DNA from: an uncultured Gammaproteobacteria bacterium
Lineage (GTDB): Bacteria; Patescibacteriota; Microgenomatia; Daviesbacterales; UBA10151
Reading direction: 5' to 3'
Length of the DNA: 64,000 nt
NCBI GenBank assembly: GCA_964551605.1
Contig: CAZKCV010000001.1
Span: forward strand, 136,898-200,897
Positions 1 through 10,282 of the stretch are shown here, in pieces. The notes below the pieces were generated by a model that had not been told where the DNA came from, did no database searches, and was given only the letters and a program-made list of their open reading frames with translations. A program made the position numbers and the translations under genes. Positions within the stretch are counted from its first letter, which is position 1. Each line of letters starts with the position of its first letter.

Positions 1-73
1 GTATAGTGTATAGAGTATAAAGGGTAGTTCGCGCTACACCATTATACTTGATACTTTATACATTATACTTATT

Positions 74-670
74 TTAGTATTCTTTCCTTCCTTCCAGTGC
101 CCTGGAAAGAGTTGTCTCATCTGCATATTCTAAATCAGATCCCACCGGCAGTCCCCTGGCAATCCTCGTTACTTTCACCCCCAAAGGAGCAATTAACCTT
201 TGGATATACATAGCTGTAGCCTCTCCTTCCATTGTCGGATTTGTTGCCAAAATTATTTCCTTAACACTGCCATCCTTTAATCTTGGCAGTAGCTCCTTAA
301 TATGAATTTCCGACGGCCCGATATTTTCTAAAGGTGAAATAACTCCGTGTAATACATGATATAGACCCTTAAAATTTGCTTTTTCTAAAGCCAGTACATC
401 CAACGGATTTTCCACCACTGCAATTACTTCTTTGTCCCGGTCCTGATCTAAACAAATCTGGCAGGGATCAACTTCCCCGATATTAAAGCAAATAGAGCAG
501 ATTTTAGTTTTTTCTTTCATTCCCAGTGCTGCATCAGCTAAAGCCCTGGCTTCTTCAATGGGAGCATGTAGTAAATAATAAGTTAACCTCTGGGCTGTTT
601 TCGGCCCAATACCAGGTAATCTCTCAAAAGCTTCTATTAAACTTTGTACTGATTTGGGGGCTTGCGCCAT
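74..670 (-). CDS. recR: Recombination protein RecR (Cys4 zinc finger plus Toprim)
   Basis: 198 aa. CxxC...CxxC motif and C-terminal Toprim-like region. Conserved neighbour of ybaB. Confidence 0.85.
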   Translation of the reverse strand: MAQAPKSVQSLIEAFERLPGIGPKTAQRLTYYLLHAPIEEARALADAALGMKEKTKICSICFNIGEVDPCQICLDQDRDKEVIAVVENPLDVLALEKANFKGLYHVLHGVISPLENIGPSEIHIKELLPRLKDGSVKEIILATNPTMEGEATAMYIQRLIAPLGVKVTRIARGLPVGSDLEYADETTLSRALEGRKEY

Positions 671-686
671 TGCGTGGCAAATTGTA

Positions 687-965
687 TCACATCCCCGGCA
701 TACCCATACCGCCCATTAAACTTTTCATTTCATCCGCAGCAACCTTTTGAGACTGTTTTAAGGCCTCATTGACAGCTTCCGTAACTTTATCTAAATCATT
801 GTCGCCGGAAATAGCAACTACTTTCTGATCACCAGTCATTACTACCGTGACACCTTTGTGCTCCACAGTAATCTTTATGGCAGCTAATCTTTTTTGTACT
901 TCCATTGCCTGGTCTCTCATCTTCTTGAGATCACCAAGCTGTTTTAGTCCATCCATTAATCCCAC
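687..965 (-). CDS. ybaB: Nucleoid-associated protein YbaB/EbfC
   Basis: 92 aa, typical YbaB length, with a Gly/Met-rich tail. By my count the start is a GTG about 1 nt away from the track end. Confidence 0.8.
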   Translation of the reverse strand: MGLMDGLKQLGDLKKMRDQAMEVQKRLAAIKITVEHKGVTVVMTGDQKVVAISGDNDLDKVTEAVNEALKQSQKVAADEMKSLMGGMGMPGM

Positions 966-1040
966 GTTTTTAAATCCTCCTTAAAAATATAACTGCCTTT
1001 GATTTGAAAAGGCAAGGTTCTTCGAAACGAGCAGTAAAAT

Positions 1041-1053
1041 CCGGCGAAGCCGG
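1041..1053 (-). terminator. Candidate intrinsic terminator after folD (ccggcGAAgccgg hairpin plus U-rich tract)
   Basis: GCGAAGC-type mini-hairpin extended to a 5-bp stem, followed on the minus strand by auuuua. Confidence 0.35.
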
Positions 1054-1083
1054 ACTGCGAGCAAGAAGGTCCTTATAGAAATA

Positions 1084-1932
1084 TTATAACGTATTTGACT
1101 GAGTTCGTCTAGCTGAATCAATTACATTCCGGAGCAAACTGACAATTGTCAAAGGCCCGATTCCGCCCACTGTCGGACAATATAATTTGACAATTTTGCT
1201 GATTTCCTCTTCATTGATATCTCCATAGATCTCCTGTTTACCATCAACAGTTTCCCTACCTACTCCTACCCCGATTACATATGCCCCCTTTTTAACATTT
1301 GACCCGTTCACAATATTTTTTACTCCGGTGGCAGAAATTACTATATCCCCGCTTTTAATTTTTGTGTCCGGATCCTCTGTATCACTGGCAATTACTGTCA
1401 CTTCAAATCCGTAACTTTCCAGAAGCTCCCTGACAGGCCTTCCAGCAGTCTTACCCCGGCCTAAAACTACAATTTTTTTGCCTTTTAAAAATTCTTCTGT
1501 CTTGGAAAATCCTTCCAAATACGTAAAAGCTGTCAGCATTTCCCAAACAGCCATTGCAGTTGCTTTATCATATGGTGATTCCTCACTAAAACCGTCTACA
1601 TCTTTTTTAGGATCAACTTTCCCGATCAATTCATCAAAATTCCAACTGTCATATATCGGGTACTGAATAATCATCCCATGGACATTTTTGTCAGCATTTA
1701 ATTTTTCAATAGTTTTTATACACTCATTAAATTGATCTTTAGAGAATTCAAAAAAAATTACTTTAACCCCGATTTCTTCTGCGCGCTTAATCTTAAAGTT
1801 TACATAAATCCTGGAAGCCGGGTCTTCACCTGCAAGGATAATGGCAAAGGTCGGTTGAATCTTTAATTTCTTAACCTCCTCCTGGAGTTTTTTGGCAATT
1901 GCATCTGCCACTTCTTTACCGGATACTTTCAT
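1084..1932 (-). CDS. folD: Bifunctional methylenetetrahydrofolate dehydrogenase/cyclohydrolase
   Basis: 282 aa with Rossmann GxGxxxG (VLGRGKTAGRP). Sits in a folD-glyA pair. Confidence 0.85.
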   Translation of the reverse strand: MKVSGKEVADAIAKKLQEEVKKLKIQPTFAIILAGEDPASRIYVNFKIKRAEEIGVKVIFFEFSKDQFNECIKTIEKLNADKNVHGMIIQYPIYDSWNFDELIGKVDPKKDVDGFSEESPYDKATAMAVWEMLTAFTYLEGFSKTEEFLKGKKIVVLGRGKTAGRPVRELLESYGFEVTVIASDTEDPDTKIKSGDIVISATGVKNIVNGSNVKKGAYVIGVGVGRETVDGKQEIYGDINEEEISKIVKLYCPTVGGIGPLTIVSLLRNVIDSARRTQSNTL

Positions 1933-1937
1933 GGAAG

Positions 1938-3257
1938 CTACTTATCCACCCCTGGCACCGGAAACTTTCCGGCAAATCTTTCTACTTCTTTTCTGATTAA
2001 CTTCAAATTATTATTTCTGTGAATCTTTATTTTTACCTCCTTTAAGAAATCTCTTCTTTTTTCCGGTTCTTTAGGTAAATCCAATCCTTTTATCTCTTCC
2101 AGTACTCTTTTAATCCAAACTGCAATTTTTACCATATCCTTTTCTTTCATTCCCCTTGAAGTCAGCGCCGGTGTTCCTAGACGAATACCCGATGGATAAA
2201 AAGGCGAAGCCGGTTCCCCGGGAATCGTATTCTTATTGACCGTAATCCCTGCTTCCTCTAGCGCATATTGGGCCTGGTACCCCATTCCGTATCCATATCT
2301 GGTTAAACTTAAAAGTATTAGGTGCGTTTCCGAAACAGTCCCGAGTTCTTTTGCTAAAACTGCTGCATTTTTGGCCACTTGAATTGCATATTTTTTAAAT
2401 AAAGGGTTTGAGGCTTCTTCTAAACTCACAGCAATAGCTGCTGTTTGGTGATTGTGAGGACCGCCCTGAATCCCCGGAATTATTGCCCTTTCAATCTTAC
2501 TTCTTATTTCCGGATCTCTTTTCATCCCCCGTTCAGTGACCAAGATTATCGCTCCCCTGGGACCTCTTAAAGTTTTATGTGTAGTAGTCATAATGATATC
2601 AACATAAGGAACCGGTGATTCATGTACACCGCCTATGATTAAACCGGTTATATGGGAGATATCTGCCACCAGGGTTGCATTTACCATGTCGGCAATCTTC
2701 CTGAATTTGCTATAATCTAACTTAAAAGGGTAAGCAGTTGTCCCTACCCAGATTAATTTTGGCTTGTTTTTTTTGGCCAAGGTTTCCAGCCCATCAAAAT
2801 CAATTTTCCAGTCCTTGCCAACATTGTAATTAACAGCTTTATAAAAAATACTGGAGAAATTTAAGTTGGCACCGTGTGTTAAGTGCCCACCGGAAGATAA
2901 CGAGAGCCCCATCACCACATCTGCGGGGTTGCAGACTGCCATGGTGATCGCCATATTAGCCGGAGAACCGGAATATGATTGCATCAGCGCAACCGGCACA
3001 CCGAATAATTTTTTTGCTAAATCACTGGCATAATTCTCAATCTTGTCTATAACTTCATTCCCACCGTAATACCTTCTGCCCGGAAAACCTTCCGAGTATT
3101 TGTTGGTAAGAATGGAACCCAAGGCTCTTAATACATCTGCAGAAACATAATTTTCCGAGGGGATCATTTCCAAGCCATACTTTTGACGACGGGCTTCTTC
3201 AGAAATCAGCTTAAATACTTTTTTTGTAGCAACGTGTAATGCCATAGAAAAACCCAT
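1938..3257 (-). CDS. glyA: Serine hydroxymethyltransferase
   Basis: 439 aa with the PLP-lysine region TTTHKTLRGPRG. Confidence 0.9.
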   Translation of the reverse strand: MGFSMALHVATKKVFKLISEEARRQKYGLEMIPSENYVSADVLRALGSILTNKYSEGFPGRRYYGGNEVIDKIENYASDLAKKLFGVPVALMQSYSGSPANMAITMAVCNPADVVMGLSLSSGGHLTHGANLNFSSIFYKAVNYNVGKDWKIDFDGLETLAKKNKPKLIWVGTTAYPFKLDYSKFRKIADMVNATLVADISHITGLIIGGVHESPVPYVDIIMTTTHKTLRGPRGAIILVTERGMKRDPEIRSKIERAIIPGIQGGPHNHQTAAIAVSLEEASNPLFKKYAIQVAKNAAVLAKELGTVSETHLILLSLTRYGYGMGYQAQYALEEAGITVNKNTIPGEPASPFYPSGIRLGTPALTSRGMKEKDMVKIAVWIKRVLEEIKGLDLPKEPEKRRDFLKEVKIKIHRNNNLKLIRKEVERFAGKFPVPGVDK

Positions 3258-3303
3258 TGTTAATCAGTAAGAGTTAATTGTCAATAGTAAAGAGTGCTTT
3301 CCC

Positions 3304-4023
3304 TTGCTAAAAATTTTTATTTACCATATCATCTTAGGAGTAATGCTACTTAGACTTGTTGATAAAATAAAAGAAGCAGAAGATGTTACCTCATTTATCT
3401 TTAAGCCGGAAATGGCTTTTCCCTGGAAAGCGGGGCAGTTTTTACACTACACCCTCCCTCATCGAAATTTTGATGAACGTGGTCTTGAGCGTTATTTTAC
3501 GATTGCTTCCGCTCCACATGAGCAGGTAATCTACATAACTACCCGATTTGCTAAAGAGAAAGGCAGCAGTTTTAAGAAAGCCTTAAGATCGTTAAAATTA
3601 AACGATACCACAGAAGCTGTTGGCCCTGATGGAAATTTTACAGTAGATGATCCAAACCAAGAAATGGTCTTTATTGCCGGGGGAATCGGCATAACTCCTT
3701 TTAGAGCTATTCTGTTGGATCTTGAACATAAAAAAATATTCCCTAAGATTACCCTTCTATATTCCAATAAAACACCTGATTTCCCTTACATAAAACTTTT
3801 AGGTAAACTAATGAGACTCAACAGGAATTTAAGAATACATTATTTTATCGGCCCCAAAAGAATAAATGAAGACTCAATTAGGAAGATTGTTGAGAATTTA
3901 AAGAAGCCAATTTTTTATGTCTCCGGCCCCGGAGGCATGGTCAAAAATTTAAGTAATCAGCTAAAAGAAATCGGCGTACCAAAAGAACACATTAAGCAGG
4001 ACCTCTTCCCCGGCTATGATTAA
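3304..4023 (+). CDS. FAD/NAD(P)-binding oxidoreductase (ferredoxin-NADP reductase-like dehydrogenase module)
   Basis: R-YFTIAS FAD-binding motif and GGIGITP NAD(P) motif. Confidence 0.7.
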   Translation: MLKIFIYHIILGVMLLRLVDKIKEAEDVTSFIFKPEMAFPWKAGQFLHYTLPHRNFDERGLERYFTIASAPHEQVIYITTRFAKEKGSSFKKALRSLKLNDTTEAVGPDGNFTVDDPNQEMVFIAGGIGITPFRAILLDLEHKKIFPKITLLYSNKTPDFPYIKLLGKLMRLNRNLRIHYFIGPKRINEDSIRKIVENLKKPIFYVSGPGGMVKNLSNQLKEIGVPKEHIKQDLFPGYD

Positions 4024-4028
4024 TTAAA

Positions 4029-4637
4029 ATGAAATCATTCATCAAGGTTTTTATCTTAATCTTTCTTTTATTTATACTGATCGTGCCTATCATATTAATA
4101 AACCAGGAGCTTAGCTTTAAGAAAACTGCCGATCTATTATTTTTTATCCACCGTGGTTTAGGCTTATATGCTTTTTCCCTGATTTTTTTGGCATTAGTAA
4201 TGGGATCAACTATAACTTTACTGGACAGGCTTTTTACACCGGGTAAAGCTTTTGTCATTCATCAGGTAATTGCATCTTCAGGTTTTACCTTAGCAATTCT
4301 TCATCCGGTATTTTTGTTTAGCACTTATCTTTTAGAAGGTAATTTAAGTTATGTGATTCCCTTTTTATCAGGTATAAATCTTTTCTATTTTTTACTGGGA
4401 ATTTTTGCTTTGTTGCTACTTATATTAACTGTAACCTCAGCACTGTTACGCTTCAGGCTCGGCCCTCAATGGCTTTTTATCCACCGCCTCAACTACTTGG
4501 TATTTTGGTTAATTTTTTTCCATGGCTTAAACTTAGGCACCGATACCCAAACATATTTTGCCCGAATAATATTTTTAGCTTATGGATTAATTGTAAGCGC
4601 TATTACCATCCGTAGGCTCTTAGTTTACCGTATCTGA
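4029..4637 (+). CDS. Ferric-reductase-like transmembrane heme-binding protein
   Basis: 202 aa, about 6 TM helices with His residues spaced inside helices (IHR, ILHP, IHR, FHG). Starts 5 nt after the FNR-like gene. Confidence 0.55.
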   Translation: MKSFIKVFILIFLLFILIVPIILINQELSFKKTADLLFFIHRGLGLYAFSLIFLALVMGSTITLLDRLFTPGKAFVIHQVIASSGFTLAILHPVFLFSTYLLEGNLSYVIPFLSGINLFYFLLGIFALLLLILTVTSALLRFRLGPQWLFIHRLNYLVFWLIFFHGLNLGTDTQTYFARIIFLAYGLIVSAITIRRLLVYRI

Positions 4638-6368
4638 ATTAAATATTTCTGCTGCTGCCCGGATAATTTCATCATCTGCTGCCAGCTCTAAATTGGCAAT
4701 ATCTTCCCTTCTTTCCGGACGGCTACCCAATGCTGTGGAAACCCTGATGCCTCTGCCTAAGACGTCGGAAAAAACCCCTTCTAAAAGATCCCTATTCTTC
4801 GGCGCCTCCAGGATTCTTTGATGAAATGAATACGGAACCTCCAGTATGACGGTGTTCTCCGTGCACTTTCTAATACTAATGGACCTAAGTAATGCTTCTA
4901 ATGAATAATTAAAAGAACGCACTGTTTCCAATACAAAAGTCCACTTCTCTTTTAACTTAAAAATATCCAAAGAATCGGATGAGACAGTTGAAAACTCTGA
5001 TTGCTCCTTATTACTATGGGAATCTTCTCCTTTCAAAACTTTCTCAACCTCTTCCTGTCTTCTTGAGCTACTAGCATCGTCATTGCGAGGAGTCCCGACT
5101 TCAGTCGTGGACGACAAAGCAATCTTGGTGGGAATTTCTTCCGGACTAGATTGCTTCCCCCGGATCAAGTCCGGGGTCGCAATGACGGAAAAGGAAGTAC
5201 AAATTTCTACCACTGCCAGCTCCAGCGGTAATGACGGAATGGAAGCGAACTTTAATTTTTCCAGAGCTTTTTGCAAAATATCCAGTGCTTTAACTAAATC
5301 CCGACCGGATAAATTCTCTGACAATATTACCATCTGCTCATACTTATCTTCAGTAAGTTGAGGTTTAACCAACTGCCCTCCTACCTTATTTTTAATCAAC
5401 ATCAAGTTTCTTAAGGTATCCATTAAGGAAAGCGTTAATTCCCGAACATCTGCTCCATGCTCCAGCTGCCCTGATACATTCAGTAAGCTTTTTGCCGAAT
5501 CTTGCCTGAAAAGGTCTTTTACTAAATCCACAAGGTCATCAAAGGGGGTGGATTGAAGATTTTCCTGTAAATATTTAATTGTAACCTTAACTTTAGCAGC
5601 ACTTACCTGATCCAATAACTTGATGCCATCCCTAAAACTCCCTTCCGCTTTCTTTACTAAAAGCTTGAAGGCTTCCGGCTCAATATCAATTTGTTCTTCC
5701 TGAATTATTTTTTCAAAGGCGGCTGAGATCTCGCCCGGAGCAGCTAACTTAAAATCCAACCTTTGTACCCTGGATAGAATCGTCTGCGGGATTTTCCCCA
5801 GTTCGGTGGTTGCCAAAATAAACAACACATGTGCAGGAGGCTCCTCCAGAGTCTTAAGCAAGGCATTAAAGGCTTCCGTGGTTAACATATGTGCCTCATC
5901 AATGATGTATACTTTTTTCTTAAGAGAACTGGGTGAAAGCTTAATTTTTTCCCTTAGCGACCTAATGTCTTCAATTCCCCGGTTGGAAGCGGCGTCAATT
6001 TCAATAAGGTCCAAATTAGATCCGTCAGTAATGGAGATACACGTTGCGCATTTGTTACATGGGTAGTCATTAGTCTTCAGTATCGCTTCGCTCTCAGCTA
6101 TCAGACTTTTTTTGTCTTTGTCTGACGACTGACGACCGGTACCAATCGAAGATTGGTGGACTGACGACTTCTTCTCACAGTTAACCATCTTAGCTAAAAT
6201 CCGGGCGGTAGAAGTTTTACCTGTTCCCCTGGGGCCGACAAAAAGATAGGCGTGGGATAATTTATTGTTTTGAAAAGATGAAAGAAGAGTTTTTTTTACA
6301 GCTTCCTGACCCATTAGTTCTTGTAAAGTTTGAGGGCGGTACTTTAGATAATAAGCTATATTTCCCAT
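4620..6368 (-). CDS. dnaX: DNA polymerase III subunit gamma/tau
   Basis: Walker A GPRGTGKT, zinc module CNKCATC, tau linker. Contains two in-frame repeat-derived insertions. Confidence 0.9.
   Translation of the reverse strand: MGNIAYYLKYRPQTLQELMGQEAVKKTLLSSFQNNKLSHAYLFVGPRGTGKTSTARILAKMVNCEKKSSVHQSSIGTGRQSSDKDKKSLIAESEAILKTNDYPCNKCATCISITDGSNLDLIEIDAASNRGIEDIRSLREKIKLSPSSLKKKVYIIDEAHMLTTEAFNALLKTLEEPPAHVLFILATTELGKIPQTILSRVQRLDFKLAAPGEISAAFEKIIQEEQIDIEPEAFKLLVKKAEGSFRDGIKLLDQVSAAKVKVTIKYLQENLQSTPFDDLVDLVKDLFRQDSAKSLLNVSGQLEHGADVRELTLSLMDTLRNLMLIKNKVGGQLVKPQLTEDKYEQMVILSENLSGRDLVKALDILQKALEKLKFASIPSLPLELAVVEICTSFSVIATPDLIRGKQSSPEEIPTKIALSSTTEVGTPRNDDASSSRRQEEVEKVLKGEDSHSNKEQSEFSTVSSDSLDIFKLKEKWTFVLETVRSFNYSLEALLRSISIRKCTENTVILEVPYSFHQRILEAPKNRDLLEGVFSDVLGRGIRVSTALGSRPERREDIANLELAADDEIIRAAAEIFNSDTVN
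5079..5186. repeat. Palindromic element, family A (gtcattgcgagg...cctcgcaatgac), in frame inside dnaX
   Basis: About 108 bp. Its 3' arm is identical to the copy at 40278-40317. Confidence 0.8.
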
Positions 6369-6826
6369 TAATTATGATGAACTCCCAAAAGATGATTTAC
6401 GCCGTGCTCTACCAAATACTTAACTTCTTCATCTACAGAAATACCGTCAAGTGAAGCATCCTCAATTGCCTGCGGATAGGAGATAACAATGTCTCCGAGC
6501 CGGAGCCATCTATCCGGGGAGGCTACAAAGCCCACCCGGGGAATATGTTGCAGACTGGCAGGGTGGGAATCCTCCAAAGCAAAAGATAAAATATTAGTGG
6601 TCGCATCTATCCCCCGGTACTTCTGATTAAGTTCATGCATCTTTCTGTCACCTACAATGCTAATCCCCAGTTCAATGCGGCCGGAAATACGGAATTTTGT
6701 GAGAATTGCTGCAACAACAGCCTTAATTGCTGACTTATTAATATTATATCTGGGATCGGAATTAACAATTATATTTATCATATTAGTTATTTCTTCTTCA
6801 TGACCCATGCAACCTTTCTTTAACAA
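6368..6826 (-). CDS. ybeY: rRNA maturation endoribonuclease YbeY
   Basis: 152 aa with C-terminal H..H...H metal motif (HGVNHLLGVHH). Confidence 0.7.
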   Translation of the reverse strand: MLKKGCMGHEEEITNMINIIVNSDPRYNINKSAIKAVVAAILTKFRISGRIELGISIVGDRKMHELNQKYRGIDATTNILSFALEDSHPASLQHIPRVGFVASPDRWLRLGDIVISYPQAIEDASLDGISVDEEVKYLVEHGVNHLLGVHHN

Positions 6827-7244
6827 TACTACTTACTTGACCACCTTCCGCTCTTCCTTTAACTTTACCTATGACCACCCCCATCACCTTCCCCATCTCC
6901 GAAAACGATGTTGCCCCTAATTCATTTATAGTCTCCTCAACTATTTTAGTCAATTCCTCATTACTCATCTGAGCAGGTAAATAACCTTCAAGGATCTTCG
7001 CTTCTAACTCTTCCTTTGCTGCGGACTCTTCCCTGCCGCCCGCCCGAAAGCTATCTGCTGCTTCTTTTCTTTTTTTTACTTCCCTTGAAATCACGGAGAC
7101 TATATCTTCATCAGATAAACTTTCACCCTTGGAAATTTCTTTATTTTTAGCTTCGGACAAAAGCAGTCTGAGGGTGGAAACTTTAACCTCATCACGGGCC
7201 AACTGAGCATCTCTTAAATCAGTTTGCAGTTGATCTAATAACAT
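6798..7244 (-). CDS. yqeY: GatB/YqeY domain protein
   Basis: 148 aa, helical, YqeY-like. Adjacent to rpsU as in Firmicutes. Confidence 0.7.
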   Translation of the reverse strand: MLLDQLQTDLRDAQLARDEVKVSTLRLLLSEAKNKEISKGESLSDEDIVSVISREVKKRKEAADSFRAGGREESAAKEELEAKILEGYLPAQMSNEELTKIVEETINELGATSFSEMGKVMGVVIGKVKGRAEGGQVSSIVKERLHGS

Positions 7245-7248
7245 AGGG

Positions 7249-7446
7249 TTATCTGCTGTATCTCCTGGCCCGCATGATTTTTCTTCGTTTCTCAGCCAAA
7301 TACTCCTGACGGAGTTCGGATGGTTTCCGGTAAACAGACCGTTCCCTGATTTCCTGGACTATTCCTTCTGCCACGGCCTTTTTTTGAAATTTTCTGATCA
7401 CTGAATCCGTGCTGTCGCCCGGACCGGCTTTTACAACAATAGACAT
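7249..7446 (-). CDS. rpsU: 30S ribosomal protein S21
   Basis: 65 aa, basic, with the KRRKIMRARRY tail. Confidence 0.85.
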   Translation of the reverse strand: MSIVVKAGPGDSTDSVIRKFQKKAVAEGIVQEIRERSVYRKPSELRQEYLAEKRRKIMRARRYSR

Positions 7447-7474
7447 AAATGTAAAAACACCTCCTTTTATTTAA

Positions 7475-7807
7475 CTAGACAAACTTCTTCCATTGTCCAC
7501 CCAGAAGATGGAAATGTAAATGAGGTACATGTTGTGCTTTTCCCCCATTTACGACCACCCTGTATAAATCATTTTCCAAATTTTTCTCTGCCACCAATGT
7601 ATTTACAGCCTGGTAAACTTCTGCCAGTAAATCACCATAACTGCCTCCGAGATCTTTAATCCCTCCGATATGTTCTTTCGGTACTATCAGGGTATGAACT
7701 TCTGCCGAAGGATTAATATCATCAAAGGCTACCAGTTTCTCAGACTCATAAGCCAATTCTTTTGTAATCTCACCACTAATAATTTTGCAAAAGATGCAAT
7801 CATTCAT
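7475..7807 (-). CDS. HIT family hydrolase
   Basis: CIFCKII N-terminus and the histidine triad HLHFHLLGG. Confidence 0.85.
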   Translation of the reverse strand: MNDCIFCKIISGEITKELAYESEKLVAFDDINPSAEVHTLIVPKEHIGGIKDLGGSYGDLLAEVYQAVNTLVAEKNLENDLYRVVVNGGKAQHVPHLHFHLLGGQWKKFV

Positions 7808-7846
7808 AAATTTTTACTAGGAGAATTATACTCCGAAGATTATACT

Positions 7847-8926
7847 TCAGGCAACCATCTTTTTTAGTAAATCCAAGGTCCTGGTTTGCCTTAAGGCATG
7901 CCTTAAATGCAGACGGGGCTCCTGTGCTTCAAATTGCTGCTTAATCTTTGCATCCTGTATTTTATCCACTTCTGCCTGCAGTTCGCCGTCAGAAATTGTC
8001 ACATTCTCCAACCTGGCCACTTCAGCCAGTCCCAGCTCCATCCGGACATTTTTCTCAGCCTGTACCCGCCACTCTTCCTTGATTTGTTCTAAAGTCTTAC
8101 CCTGGCTTTTTAGGTAATCTTCCAGCAAAAGCCCCATATCCGCCACCCTTCTCTGAAGTGAAACCAGCATCCGGTTTAGCTCATCCTGGATTAAAATTTC
8201 CGGCAACTCCACAGTGGTCATTTTCTCTACTTCCTGCAAAATTGCCTCTTCAAAATCCAATTCATTGTTGTAAGAAACATTGGATTCCAGATCTTTCCTG
8301 ATTTTGGATTTTAGGTCAGTAAGACTTAACGCACCCATGGCCCTGGCAAATTCTTCATTAGGTCCGGCTTCGCCGGATTGACTGCCCTGGAAGTTGATTG
8401 AACCAGCTTGCCCTCCTGCGGTCTGCTGTCCACTGTCACCTGTAACCTGTACACCTGCTTTCGCTTTCCATCTTTTATACAAGTCATCAATTACCTTCTG
8501 CACCTCCTCTTCAGTTACGGCTTTGGGGGTAGACTTTGTAACTTTAATGGTTTTGTAATCACCGACAGCAACAGCAGGTCTGTTGGTAATGGTTGCCTTA
8601 AATTGAAGTTGATCACCTTTTATAAAACTTAGCAGGTCATACTTAGGATAATCAATCGGGATAATATCGCTGCCTTTCAATGCTTCAATCAGGAAATTAG
8701 GCATGGCAGCTTTCAAGACTTCATCCTGAAGTCTCTGCCCCAGCTGCTGTTCTACCATCGGAAGAGGCGCAGCCCCTTTTCTAAAACCTGAAAGCTCCAC
8801 ATCAGCAGCCATCTTCTGCAAAGTAGCATCCCAGGTAGCCTGTAAATCCGTCCAGGGGACAGTAATAGTGACTTCAATTATTGATTTTGGCTGTTTGTTG
8901 ATATTTTTGTTTATCATAATATTCAT
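7847..8926 (-). CDS. tig: Trigger factor (short form)
   Basis: GFRKGAAP signature of the ribosome-binding domain. 359 aa, so the PPIase domain is reduced. Confidence 0.7.
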   Translation of the reverse strand: MNIMINKNINKQPKSIIEVTITVPWTDLQATWDATLQKMAADVELSGFRKGAAPLPMVEQQLGQRLQDEVLKAAMPNFLIEALKGSDIIPIDYPKYDLLSFIKGDQLQFKATITNRPAVAVGDYKTIKVTKSTPKAVTEEEVQKVIDDLYKRWKAKAGVQVTGDSGQQTAGGQAGSINFQGSQSGEAGPNEEFARAMGALSLTDLKSKIRKDLESNVSYNNELDFEEAILQEVEKMTTVELPEILIQDELNRMLVSLQRRVADMGLLLEDYLKSQGKTLEQIKEEWRVQAEKNVRMELGLAEVARLENVTISDGELQAEVDKIQDAKIKQQFEAQEPRLHLRHALRQTRTLDLLKKMVA

Positions 8927-9040
8927 ATCCTTCGAACGAAGTGAGAAGTTTCCTTAAAAGTATTAATAATTCTTAAGGTAAGTTCTCTCTAACCGCTCGA
9001 ACAATAATCCAAGGTAATGTACCAGAAATAAGCTTCAAAA

Positions 9041-10282
9041 TCAATGAGAATCCTTAGCTATCTCCAATAGCTGCTTAAAATCAACGAATTTAGTTTCCTT
9101 TTCTGACCTTTTCTTCACTTCCAGTTTTTCTCCTGTCTTCTTGGAAATCACAACTCTATAAGGTATTCCTATTAGATCAGCGTCTGCAAATTTGGCCCCG
9201 GCTGAAACACCAATCCGATCATCAAACAAAACTTCCACCCCTTCTGCCTGCATCAATTTATAAGCCTTATCCGCCATTTCCATTGCCTTTTTATCTTCCA
9301 GATCCAATCCCACTATATGGACTTGGAATGGAGCTATACTTCCGGGCCAAATAATTCCCCTCTCGTCATGCAAAACCTCTACAATTGCTCCCATTACCCT
9401 AGAGATGCCTAAACCATAACATCCGGCAGAAACAGTCTTTTTTTCTCCATCTTTATCTGTAAAACTTAAATCAAAAACTTCCGCATATGACCGCTTCAGT
9501 GGAAAAATATTTCCTACTTCAATCGCTTTTTCCTCTTTTAACTCCCCGCCGCATTCAGGACATTTTTTGTTTTCTGCAATTTCTTTATTGATAGCATCAC
9601 CGCATTTTTGACAAACATAAATCAAATCTTCACCGGAAGGAGTCAGGACTTGAAATTCTTCAGACAAATCAGAAAAAGTTCCGCCGGAAGCTTTTGTTAC
9701 CAATGCCGGTATTCCTAACTTTTCGAAAATTCTTAAGTACGACTCTCTTACCTTTTTGTAATACTCATTCCTCTCTTCATCATTAGCATGAAAAGCATAG
9801 AGATCTTTCATCAGAAATTCCCTGGTACGCAGCAAACCAGCCTTAGCCCGCGGCTCATTACGAAGTTTTGTCTGAATCTGATATAAATAAAACGGCAAAT
9901 CCTTGTATGACTTTATATACTCAGCCAGTAAGGGATAAATTATTTCTTCGTGGGTCGGCCCCAGTACCAAATCCTTATCTCCGGCTCCCTTTAATTTATA
10001 TAAAACATCAAAACTGTTGAACCTGCCGGTTTTCTTCCAGTTTTCACCGGGCTGAAGAACCGGCATGAACATTTCCTGTCCCCCAATTTTATCCATTTCA
10101 ACTCTGACAATATTGGAAATTTTATCCAGTACTTTCCAGCCAAGCGGGAGGTGTGTATAAACCCCAGCCATTTCCTGATGGATAAATCCGGCTCTAATCA
10201 AGAGTTGGTGGTTTATAGATTCAGCTCCAGTTGGAACTTGTTTTAAAGTTTTAGGAAACAGTCTTGAGTATTTCATGGTCAT
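9041..10282 (-). CDS. proS: Proline--tRNA ligase
   Basis: Class II aaRS motifs and ProRS-like N-terminus. Cys4 cluster CQKCG...CPECGG. Confidence 0.8.
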   Translation of the reverse strand: MTMKYSRLFPKTLKQVPTGAESINHQLLIRAGFIHQEMAGVYTHLPLGWKVLDKISNIVRVEMDKIGGQEMFMPVLQPGENWKKTGRFNSFDVLYKLKGAGDKDLVLGPTHEEIIYPLLAEYIKSYKDLPFYLYQIQTKLRNEPRAKAGLLRTREFLMKDLYAFHANDEERNEYYKKVRESYLRIFEKLGIPALVTKASGGTFSDLSEEFQVLTPSGEDLIYVCQKCGDAINKEIAENKKCPECGGELKEEKAIEVGNIFPLKRSYAEVFDLSFTDKDGEKKTVSAGCYGLGISRVMGAIVEVLHDERGIIWPGSIAPFQVHIVGLDLEDKKAMEMADKAYKLMQAEGVEVLFDDRIGVSAGAKFADADLIGIPYRVVISKKTGEKLEVKKRSEKETKFVDFKQLLEIAKDSH

